This document shows, in pieces, positions 52,731 through 64,000 of a DNA stretch of 64,000 bases (position 1 is the stretch's first letter; each line of letters starts with the position of its first letter). The position numbers and the translations under genes are program-made. Source of the DNA: Tricharina praecox (Eukaryota). A model generated the notes under the pieces. The model worked only from the letters and a program-made list of their open reading frames with translations. It did no database searches and was not told where the DNA came from. Location: contig NW_026250423.1 in assembly GCF_024521635.1 (NCBI RefSeq), positions 620,001 through 684,000 on the forward strand, given 5' to 3'.

Positions 52731-55700
52731 GGTGATGGCGGTGATGGGGTTGATGGTGTTGACAGTGGTGATAGTTGTAATAGTTGTAATGGTGGTGGTG
52801 GTGGCGGCGGGTCCGAACTCTGAGATGTGCAAACAGTATGGCTGTGGTTGATTTCTATCGTTGCGGGCATCCTAACGAGGGGATAGCCTACTCGGCGACG
52901 GGGTGTGTTTTTATATATGATCTGGATGCATTTGGAGAGCCCCCCTCCTCCAGCTCGTGCCTTGCCCCTCTCTCGCTCCCTCGCTCCGATATATGACTCT
53001 ATGATGGTCGTGGAGGACGACAAGTGGCGGGCGGGGGACCCAGCCGGGGCCTTCCGAGTAAGCGGCCGGATGATGCGAAACTGTGCCATTGGCGCAGTAA
53101 TCGTCTCGGGCAGATGGGGCTCGCAGCTGCTGCCTCCCCCCCTCCCAATCTTGATTTTGCTCGTCGCCGTTGTCACCCGTGCTCGGAAGTCTGGCTGGCA
53201 GACAGGCAGACAGGCAGGCAAGCACGGAGTAGGCTCTGGCAGTTGAACACGCAGCGGGAGAATTTTTTTATTTTTTCCTCTTTCCGTGTAATGCAAGACG
53301 TCATCCGTTACCGCTCGTCGGTCAGTCTGCGTGCCAGAAGACCCTCTCAGGCTCTCACGTTCCCTGTGCCTGTGATACTAGCATAGCATAGACAGCCGAG
53401 TTGGGGAATCCAACCCAACCCAGCGTAACCCCCCTTCGCCCCGCCTTCGCGAGCACATAGCGGTGCGAAACTACTACTACTCTAGGTAGTAGCCACGTGT
53501 GTTCCGAAGGCGAAGGCGAAGGAAAGCTCGCGAAGAAAAAACAACCAAAACTCTGCTGCGTTGGCAGGCGCGAGCTGAGCTGGACCCAGCCGAAGCCATA
53601 TACCCACCTCAGGTAGGCAACCCCGTGCACTTTCGCAACGGCGACAGCGGAAAATCGAATTGTTCGAGACGCCTTTTCCCCTCACTGCCTCTCCCTTTCT
53701 GCGCGGAGCGGGGGCGCGCGCGGCGGTAGATTTTCGCTGGTTCTTTCCTAGAGTACTCTATGTGCTCTTGGAAGTTGGGGGCAGCAGACTGGACTCGAGC
53801 CTCGAGAGAGGGGCTTCGGGAGTTGTGAATTGGGCGACGCTAGTTGCACTTATCATAACGACAAGGGATTCAACTGGAACAACCGCCCCGGCGAAATGAT
53901 TATCATACATGCATACTCCGCTCTACTCTATGGTCGGCGGCTCTGAGCAAAATAATCACCGCTCCCGGCGAGCAACACGTTTTGCAGCCACAAAGAGCAT
54001 CGGATTCACGATGGTTGCCAAAAGTATCCTTCCTGATCCTCTCGTCCTCTCGTATGCAAACCCCAAGAAGGAGAGAGAGAGGGGGGGGGGAACACGAGCT
54101 GAAGGCGCAGCTCCTGACAGTGACGAGCGGTCAGTCGGGCGATTTGTAAGACCGCCGACGAAACGAAGACTCATCGCCGGATCCGCCGATACCTTACCGT
54201 ACCGTCTGTACCGATACCGTACTCCAGCCTCGCCCACTTTCCAAGCAGCCACGCCACGCCACAGTACAGCACGCCACAGTACAGCACAGCACGGCACGCC
54301 ACAGTACAGCGCAGCAGAGCACAGCCGAGCCGAGCCTTCCGCCGGACATGTGGCGGGTTCCTGTGGCGAGTACGTGGCTGGTTGCTAATTACATAGAGTG
54401 GCAGTTCCGTGATTCCGTCGGCGACTCGGCGACTCGGCGATGTGCCTTGTCTTGTCTTGCCTTGCCTTGCCTTGCCTTTGCAATTCTGGCTGCTGCTCGC
54501 ACGCTCGCTCGGATTTCCATCCGCTTCTTCGCCCCCGAAGCACTCTAGGTACTCTAGGTGGAGTGTGTAGAGCATGTAAACCGTAGATCAGCAAACCGGC
54601 AAATCAGCAAACACCAGTACACCCTGTGAAGGCAGGCAGCCAGCCAGAGAGCCAGCCAGCCAGTCAGCCAGCTATTTTCCTTTCCTTTCCGTTCCTTTCC
54701 TTTCTTTTGATTTCCCTTCCGTTCTTTTTCCGGCGATTGGCGGGCATGCAAGACGATTGGAATTCCAATTGGAGTCTGCACTGGAGTCTGCACTGGAGTC
54801 TGCAGACGATCTATTGGGCGGCCGTTATTTCTCCATATCATATGTACTCTGGTTGCCGGAATGTATCATATGTACGATATGGTTACGGCTGGGCTGGCCT
54901 GGAATATGGGCTGGCGAAATGTCCGTCCGTCGGACGGTCGCCGGTCGTCGGTCGGTACACAGGTCGGTACTCACACACATGACTAGGTCGGTCGGCCTAC
55001 CATGCCCCGGTTCCACGAGTAGGAGAGAGCCTTCCTTTTCCCACCAACTTCGCCGATTCTCCTCGGTAGTTTTGTACCAGTACACAACTCCACCACCTCC
55101 ACCAACGCCACGAAAGCAGAAAGCAGAAAAAATAAAGAGAGAGGGATTATCTGACGAAGCACAATGCAGCACGACAAACCTCAAACCTCAAACCTCAAAC
55201 TTCACAGCGATCCAATAACTAGAATACTATTGTTAGAGTAGTTATTGATCATCCAGCGACGACAACGACGACGTCAATGTCACGGACTCACGGTCATGAG
55301 AATGGAATAGCTTGTGCCTCTAAGTAGCACGTGATCCACCCTCCACCCTCCACCACCCACTTCAACTACATACTATCCGTCGCGCGCGCGCACGCACGCA
55401 CGCGTCGGCCGGTCCTCGGTATCCGGTAGTGACATTCTGCGAAGCGGTGGTGGTCATTCCGAGTTTACGGTTCGTGCGAGTGGCGATCGGGTATGGTAAT
55501 TATGGAGGGGGGTGGGATTCGCTTCTGACATTCCCACCTGGCAGGCTAGCGCCCGCCATTACGATTTTACGATCGCAAGTTGCAACCCAACAAACAGTTC
55601 ACGAAGCAGGTTTTTTTGTCTTCACATGCTAAGTTGGGTGCGACTCGAGGGAAGGAAAAATCCGTCGGAATAGTCGTCCGTATGGCTGGCTGGCTGGCTG

Positions 55701-56171
55701 GCTGACGATGGCGATAGTACTATAGATACTGCTGTATATTACAGACTTCACTATGGAGCTATGAAGCTATGAAAAGCAACGGAAGGAAAACCGAGAGGGA
55801 AGGGAAGGTGACAGAGAAGTGAACAAGTATTGACGTAACCACCCAGTCTGCAATCCCACCCAACTCAACTCGCATCCACCGCAACGCAAACACTCTATCG
55901 GATATCCAGTTTTTACCATAGAGTAGAGTAGGTGGGTGGGCTGCGATCACCGGCTGGCTGGCTCGCTGGATAGATGGCTGGCTCACAACGTGGTTGGCGT
56001 CCTCGTCGTCGTTGTCGTCGTCGGATCTGAGATGGATCTCTCGTCATCTACTCTACTCTATCCGGCCGTGGCGATGGGGGTGGTAGATTCCGCCTTTCGC
56101 CTTTCGGGTGGACGGGTGGACGGGACTGTTGGTCGCCCACCCACCCGCCCGCGGAGGAGACACACATAGAG

Positions 56172-56176
<5 letters not shown>

Positions 56177-56228
<52 letters not shown>
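56177..56228. repeat. (GA)n microsatellite
   Basis: Uninterrupted AG dinucleotide run. Confidence 0.95.
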
Positions 56229-56231
<3 letters not shown>

Positions 56232-56850
56232 CACTGACGTAGTCGTAGTCAGACCCGAGCGAGTGAGTGCTCCACTCTCGATCCTCCGTCTTTCCCGGCG
56301 CGCCCGGATATCCGTCATGATGTTTTCCATGTTCATTTCATTCCCGTTCGGTCCGTTGCTGCCACCCGCCCTTCCCAAACCAGATCCATTATCCGCGAGA
56401 CATCTAGTTAGAGACATCTAGCTACATACATACATAGAAAGAGAGAGCTACCGTACCGGCAACCCGGCGAAATCCTCGATTGCTGCCGGGATTGCCATAA
56501 CTGGGCCGGCGATTGATTACCTTACCTGCTCGCTCGCTCGCTCGGCGTTTGCTGCTGCTGCTGCTGCTGCTGCATCGGCGGGGATGCGGGATTTCGGCGA
56601 GCGAGCGTGGACTCTACTCGCTCAAGAGTCCACAGGCCAGTGGACGAGACGGTAGACGGGCTTGGGAGGGGGGAGGGGGGGTTCTTCCGTTCCGATCATC
56701 ATGCATGCGCAGATGGCATGCGTGGGATGGATGGATGGATACGGATGGATATGGGATATGTATGGGCGGCGGGTGCTGGAAGAATCTACCGGCAGTCCTC
56801 CTCCTCCTCCTCCTCCATGCGCTGTGGGGAACAGCGAAGGGTGGTGGGGC

Positions 56851-56916
56851 ATTGTGATTGTGATTGTGATTGTGATTGTGATTGTGATTGTGATTGTGAT
56901 TGTGATTGTGATTGTG
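56851..56916. repeat. (ATTGTG)n hexanucleotide microsatellite
   Basis: About 11 tandem attgtg units. Confidence 0.95.
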
Positions 56917-58084
56917 AATGTGAATTTGTGATATGCAGCCTCGAGTACATACTGATCAAGTAGTTACCGGTACTCTACATAAGGAAGTATGTAAGAAGTG
57001 AGAAGTACTTGCCTACCGCGCTGTGCTGCACTCTACATAGACTCTGGAATACGGTATGTAGTACTCTACTATGTAGAGTAGGTGCGCCTAAATCCAGAAC
57101 CGATAAAGCATGCCCAACCCGCAGCCCATCCCGCGCCTCCATCCCGCGCCTCCATCCCGCGCCTCCATTCCGCAGGCCGCTGTCCCCGGCCCGCACATGG
57201 GCCCGCACATGGACACGGACATTGCAAGGGCAAGGAATGGACCAGGACATGGGCATGGACAAGGAACTCTGGGGCCGATATCGATAAGTCCTTAGTTGGC
57301 CATGGCATGAGCTGAAGTCCCATCCCATCGCGCCGGGGGAGGTGGACGTCATCGAAGACATGGGGCAGGATCTGAGTATTGCATGTATGGTACTTGCAAA
57401 CTCCGGTTCTGGGTGGCTCCAAGCGACGGCACCGCGAAGGCTCCACAAGGTAACTACTCCACTGCTCCAGTCCGTTTGTTTTTTTTCCTGCTTGCTGGCC
57501 TGCTTGCTGGCCTCGTCGCGCGCAAAGCAGGTCAGGGCTGAACACTGCGGTGCGGGTGTAATCCGGTTATCGTCGCGGTGTGGCCGATTGACACTGCCAC
57601 ATGGCCACATGGTTACTGAGGGGGGGAATCGCAAATTCTTCCGAAGCGCTACAGGTGGGTCCGTGGTCGGTGGTCAGTGGTTGTGCTATCATGTTGGCTT
57701 CATGCTTCGCATTCGCAGCGCCGCAGAGCAGCAGAGCAGCCCATGCCATGCCATGGCGAGGACCAGGAAATTGGGCGGCGATACGATGCGATGCGATGCG
57801 AGGTGAGGCGATCCGGTGTGGTGCGGAATGTGTGTAAGAAGTGTGCACCCTCTCTCAAGCTTTTGCAGTGTGCACGGTGGAGAGCGCACGGGAGTTGCTG
57901 GTTGGTTGCTGGTGAGGTGCCGGTTGGACTGGTCGGTTCCTTGCCTTCCTTCCTCCTCCTCCTGCTCCTCTCTCGAGCTCGAGCTCGAGCTCTCGCGCGC
58001 TCACTGCTCTGTGCGCGGTGTGCGGTGTGCGGTGTGCGATGCATCTTCAGGCTTCAGGCTTCAGCGAAGCAAAGCACATGCGCC

Positions 58085-58158
58085 AGAAGCAAGAAGCAGA
58101 AGCAAGAAGCAGAAGCAAGAAGCAGAAGCAAGAAGCAGAAGCAAGAAGCAAGAAGCAA
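58085..58158. repeat. Compound agaagca/agaagc tandem repeat (13-bp period)
   Basis: agaagcaagaagc repeated about 5 times. Confidence 0.9.
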
Positions 58159-61100
58159 CCGCCCGATCGAGTACAGCAACGCAGCAAGCAGCAACCAAGC
58201 GATGCGAGTGAGAAGGCACCGGTAGATTACGTGCGTGCGTGTAGTCAATAACCGTGCACGCTCGTCAGTAGCCCTGTCTCTGCTCTTGCTCTTGCTCTTT
58301 GCTCTTGAAAGCTGAGTATTTGCCGCCGAAGCATCGAGCGGCGAGCAAACGAACCCGAGACTCGAGTCGCTCACAGGCCCCGCATATTGACATATGATAT
58401 GCACAGAGAAAAGTTTGAATGCACCCATCATAGGTATGCAGTAACTCACGGATACCACCGTCCATACCACCGTACAACTTGTGCTTCTGCTGCTGCTGCT
58501 GCTGCTGTGTGCTTTTCGTTTCTTTCCTTCTCTTTTCTTTCCTTCTCTTTTGCTTGTCTTCTCCACGACCCTGCAGCGCAGCGGCGCAGCTACGGTACAC
58601 GGAGCCTGTGCTTGGGAACTGCCGCCGCAGAGGGGAGGGCACGACTGGCCGTTGTCAAAGACAAAAGACACAAAAGAGGGCGTAGGCGCTGCCGGCGGGT
58701 ACGTACGTGCAGCTGGACGGAGTCTCATGATGTGCTGGAGTGGGGACACCGGTCCAGCTCTACGGGTACTATGATGGATACTGCAGGCAGACTGTGCGAG
58801 CCTCTGCGAGACTCTGCGAGGGAGCGAGGGCATGGTGCGGTATTGGAATACATACTGGAGGACTGGGGTACCGGTGAAGCAACGATGATTCCCCATGTAC
58901 CCAAGTACCCAAGTACCCAAGTACCCACCTACCAATGCGAACCCGAAACCCATCGCAAACAAAAGTGCACTCTCACAAGCTGATGACAGAAAGAGGTCAC
59001 GCCGTCACACATACACAACCAACAGACATCTACCGCCGACCGGTATCTACATTCTATCTATGTGTCGTAATGTTTGGTAGCGAGACGGCCCCCTCCCCCC
59101 CATCTCTCCCCTCCCTCCCCTCCATTCCTCACCCGGGCACCGACCCGACTTACTTTTTCCTTCTTTTTTTCTCATTCCTGTTCTTTCCTGTCCTGTTCTG
59201 TTCTACCTATTCTGCTCTGTTCACCGGTGGGACCGGAAGTGCCTGCTGCTTTTGTTTTCGCTAGCGTCATGTCGACGCGTGAGCGGCGAAGACCGACGAC
59301 CAAAAGACCGAGGTTACTTTTCTGGGCAACTCGCTGTTCTGTGAGCACTCGCTGCAAGCACAAGACAGCTGCATCATCATCGTCTGGGATTCTGTGCTGT
59401 ATGCAATTCTGTTTCTCTGTGTGCGTTTCTGTTTCTCTGTGTGCGTTTCTGTTTCTCTGTGTGCGTTTCTGTTTCTGTTTCCTCAGACTGCAAGCACGGC
59501 CGATGGTTAACCACCACCACCACCACCACCACTAGATACTACAAACAACAGAAGAGGTATGCATACATACCTCCTATACTCCGTAGGTAGTAGGTTATGC
59601 ATCATCCGCATCGGCATTAACAGCGCATCAGCGCATCAGCGGTACGGTATCGTGAGATTGCCGCCGCCGAGGAAAAATAGGCATCAATGTAAGTATGATA
59701 TACTTTAGCTTTAGAGCAGCTTTCGCGATCAGTCGCTACATACCGTTTTCCCCCTCCCCACCCTTCTCATGTACTCTGTGTATGTAGAGTACGCGTACCC
59801 CGCCCCGAAGAACAATCCAGATTCCACAGCCCGCCGGTCTAGGTACTGCTGCTGGTGCTGGTGCTGCAGCTTTCTCGTGGCCCGTTAAACTACTTCTACG
59901 AGCAACTAGCTCCAGGGCCTGCCTGCACGATGGAAGGAAGGATGGTTTGGATGGATGGATGGATGAACCCGGACCCGAGCTCTAGATAACTTCTAAGCGC
60001 CCGCTGTGCAGAAACTGTCCTGCTAGTCCACGACTGCACGACTCCACGACTCCACGTCGCGTCGGGATTTACTGTACTCTACTGGAGATATGTATTCGAT
60101 GCATACGCTCTGCGGGTCTGCAAGTCTGCAAGTCTTGCTCTCCTCAGTGCATAAACTCACTTATGCACGCATTCGCGTCGTCGTTGTCGTCGTTGTCGTC
60201 GTGTCGTCGAAGGCGCCTGCTGGTCCATCAAACGGAGTGGTTTCCTGCGCAGGAGTCGAGTGCGCCGTGTGCACTGTGCACTGTGCAGAGTATCGGAAAG
60301 AATCTTCCGCCCCCATTGCGAGGGACGGACTCGCAAAATCATTTCATTTTCTTTCCACGACACGGACTGGCACAGTGGCAGGGCGCTTCATCGACCCTCG
60401 CCATTCGTTCATTCTTCCTTTTGCACTTTGCCTGCCAAGCGAGGGAACGAGGACGAATGCGAGGCTCGCTAATCTGCGTTCTGCGGTCGGTCTGCGTTCT
60501 CGCGAGTCGCCACCCCTCGCGTGCCTGTCGGCTCTAACTCTACTAACTAGCTCTAATAACTAGTAGAGTACCTAGGATGGATATGGATATGGGGGGAGAT
60601 GGGGGTGGGGGTGAGGGTGAGAGAAGATGGGGCGAATTCAAGTCGAAGTGGACGGGACGGGACAAGGCGGAACGCGATATGATATGATATGAGATGTTAG
60701 ATAGATCCAACATGTTGAGCTCTGTTGGTTTCTCCTCTGGATACATACCTGGTCTACGGAGCTGTTGGAACTCTACTTAACGGAGCTGTTGGTATTTACT
60801 ATACTATTCTACAGAGCTGGGGGTAGGGGGAGGGGCCTGGTGGGGGACGGGGGGAGGGGGGTTCGCTAACTACTGTAACTATTGCAGCACGAAATCACGC
60901 AAGATGATCAACGATTGGTTATATGTAAACTATCATATGTAGCGCAATATAATGATGGATTGGGGGCAGTCACGGTCGCGGTCGTGGCCGCCCACCATGG
61001 TCTTGATCAATGCGACGAGTCTCCATAGCTCTAGTTACATACATGATACGGCACGGATGGTGCAGGTGCGGGTGTGATAAACGGTAGCCTAATTGTACTC

Positions 61101-62920
61101 TACCTATCATAGGTATCTGGTAGCTACATACACGTATGTTGAGATGTAGAGTACATGGCGTGAGCTGTCATGATCCAACTGCATCCGTAGATACCGTATC
61201 CGTTCGTTCGTTCTTTCGTTCGTTCGTTCGTTCGTTCGTTTTTCCCTGCCGGCTCGATGTTATAGGTGAAGTGGGGGAGGGGGGACGCCTGATCGCTAGC
61301 CCACCTACCTACGTCCGCACCTATGTAGCTGAGATATGTATCATGTTGTCCCATCACATCACATCACATCGGCACGGATGCTGCATGAGTTTTGAATTTC
61401 GCCAATTCGTCAATCCGAACCACTCGGATCCGTGGGCGTTGAACTTGCGCGTTGGGGGCCAAAAGTGAGGCCTCGCGAGGCCTCGCCTGGCGAATCGAAT
61501 CGAGTCGAATCTGCCTCGCCAGGTTCCAGGCCGGAGTGATGGGCTGTGAGTCGCTCAAGAGGTCGAATCCTATGTATGCATGTATTGTACGAATTCCTCT
61601 GCCGTTCGTTCCCGGGTTCTGCGTGTCTCTGAAGTACATACTTGGCGAGGGCGTGCATGTATATAGTTGGTATGGTATGGGAGATATCTGCTCACGGGAA
61701 CAAACACCGGTCAAATCACAAGTACCAATGTACAGGTACTTACAGCAGGTACGCACATACACACTCGCAGCGAAATTTGCAGATGTTGCTCAGTGCCGAG
61801 TCTAGTTCTGGATGACTTGTAATTGGAATTCTCATGGTGAAAACCCTCGCCAAAAGGCATCAGAACCATCGCGATGCACCCAGCTCCTCCCCGCTGACCA
61901 CCCTATGCCCGTGCTCGTGCTCATGCCCATGCCCATGTGTATTCTATGTACGTGTGTAGATACCGTATGCATGCACTCCACATTCCTGAAGTGCAATTTT
62001 GCTTCTGCTAGACGCCACCTTGACGCATTGGGACTTATAGTTTTCTCGCCCCGCAACTGCACCGTAAGCCCGCTGTCCATGGGTTCAGCCGCGCGGATCA
62101 TATCTCTATCTACTATCATACTCCATGTTTTGCTCGGTAGTAACTAGATCTCGCATGCATCCCATCCCCTCCCATCCCCTCCCCTCCCCTCCCCTCCCGC
62201 CCGCGTCCTGACTGCACTGGACTGCACTGGACTGGGCTTCCCCAGAAATTCACCCTGGCGCGCGGATGCTGGAGATGAGATGGGTATGTACTCTAGGTCG
62301 ATATGTGGGTATGTGGTAAGGTCAGGGCATCTCGCCTCGCGTCAACGGGCGCAGTACTGCTGCCAGTAGGTGGTAATGTGCGTTTGTTTCATATCGTTGC
62401 CGCTAGATATCGACGTAACACGGGCGTCGGGGACGTGATTTCCTTCTTTTCGCCCGTTGTTCACTCCCGAGCGGGGCTCCTGAGGTGTGGTGGAGGTGGA
62501 GTTTAGTCGCCGCTTGTTAGTTGTCTCAGGCAAGCCGCTATCCGAGCTGTTGTTGTGGTTGTCGTGATCTTGCACGGATGTGGGACACTGGTCCGCTCCG
62601 TTTAGTTAGTCTCCATTACCATTCCCCTCCCTCTTCTCTATCTATTGTTGCGCATCGTTGCGCACATTCATGCACTACTCTGAATACAGCAGATTGAGCG
62701 TCGGAGCTGAGAATCTTGAACCGTGAGATTTGCAGTGCAGTGCCAGTGCAGTACGGGCGGGCTGCGAGTGTGCTCAGCTAGCTAAGCTGGCTAGCTGCTC
62801 TAGAGTAGGTAGTGGGGAAGCGGCTCGCCTCGTATCGTATCGTCTCGCCCCTCCACCTCCACTCTTTGGCTGCTACCTATTGGCTATGATGTGACGGCGG
62901 GACTCCAGTGGATTGAGGGT

Positions 62921-62952
<32 letters not shown>
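62921..62952. repeat. Poly-G tract (other long homopolymers: poly-C about 27411-27433 and about 50227-50252)
   Basis: About 32 consecutive G. Confidence 0.95.
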
Positions 62953-62953
<1 letters not shown>

Positions 62954-63397
62954 CGTTCTCGCTCCAGGATAGTTCTAGCTGCTCTGTGAAAGCGGATAAG
63001 CATCATGTCTAAGGCCCCCCAGGGCTGGGGTATGTTCTGCGCCGAGAACCACGGCTACACTCTCGAATCAGAAGACCCACCATCTGTCGTCCAAGAGAAG
63101 CTACAGCCCTCCCTCCCTCGCTCGCTGTCCCGTGTCCCGTGTCCTCAAGATCGATCCAAACACATTCCTCGCTGGCGGGAGATGACTGGTCGCGTTGGAC
63201 CAGGCTCTCTTACAACCTGTATGATACATACCCCGCCCATGCCTCGCCGCATTCCAAACGCGCGTTGGTGGTGGTTGTAACTTGTGTCGGATCGGGCGGG
63301 GTTCGTGACCGTCCCGTCCAGTTGTGGAAAAGAGTGAGTGCTTGCGTGTGAAGATGCTGTTTGCCCGCTGCGATCGCACTCTGGTTTGGTTGGCGGA

Positions 63398-64000
63398 GGA
63401 TATGTAGAGTATGTGCATACGGACTCGGCCCTGGGGCACTCAACTCGTGCGAATCCTCTCTCCTCCTCCCGGACGGCGTCAAGCGCGCGAAAACCAGTCC
63501 AACCCCTCGGCGCGATCACGCACTGGCACTCGCGCAACCCGGACTCGGACTCGGACTCGGAGCGTCGAGTGTGCATCGTACAGGACATAGAGTATATAAT
63601 CTCAACCGGCGTATTCGCTTCGGCATCCCTGGGTACCTCCACGCACTCGCCCGTGCGTGGGTATCAGCGCAGGCTGTTCCTCGGTTCCTCTGTGCCCTCC
63701 CTCCCCCTTGGAACTTGATGTGAAGCGGATCGAAGCGGCAGTACGAAAGGCGAACGGTCAATCGCAGCCTGTAGTGGATGCGGAGCTAGGTACTATACTT
63801 TGAGTAGCCACAGAGTAGAGTAGGGTCGATACGGCCCAGCCGGGGTCGGAGGGACACAGGGACCGCCTGTGTGCGGCATGATTGGTCACTCGTGGGATAA
63901 CTAGAGAAACCGTTCATTCCACCTCATCCCCAAAAATTATCCGCCCAAACGACATCTTCATTCCTTACATAAAACTCCTATTCTCGGCCATCATCCGGCC
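63398..64000 (-). mobile_element. Second, inverted copy of the dispersed repeat: segment B (64000-63901) directly followed by segment A (63897-63398); runs off the window edge
   Basis: Reverse complement matches 15501-15600 and 13845-14525. Mobility is inferred only from dispersion; no transposase is seen. Confidence 0.6.

Noticed and set aside
56513..58983. Long ORFs (up to 302 aa) with CDCDCD, VIVIVI and KQKQEA runs
   Set aside because: Translations of microsatellites.

Overview
Intron-containing filamentous ascomycete DNA (GT..AG introns of about 50-110 nt, microsatellite-rich intergenic DNA; a Pezizomycetes origin is my guess). 0-12.5 kb: a housekeeping block of a Cdc11/Nud1-like LRR septation scaffold, an Mch1-like MFS transporter and a Tbf1-like Myb telomere-repeat factor. 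12.5-37 kb: an accessory-looking block with a minisatellite, a dispersed repeat around an ankyrin relic, a Cys-rich type I membrane protein with RHIM/PP-like cytoplasmic repeats, a Zn2Cys6 factor, a TauD/CAS-like dioxygenase, a GNAT acetyltransferase and an OTT_1508-like deaminase lacking the catalytic Glu. 38-44 kb: a large WD40/Pro-rich gene with frameshifts. 44-63 kb: a gene-poor tract with one small ORF. The window ends in a second, inverted and circularly permuted copy of the dispersed repeat. Best novelty candidates: the receptor with amyloid-like repeats, the permuted ankyrin-associated repeat and the pseudo-deaminase. All calls come from reading the sequence by eye; no searches were run.
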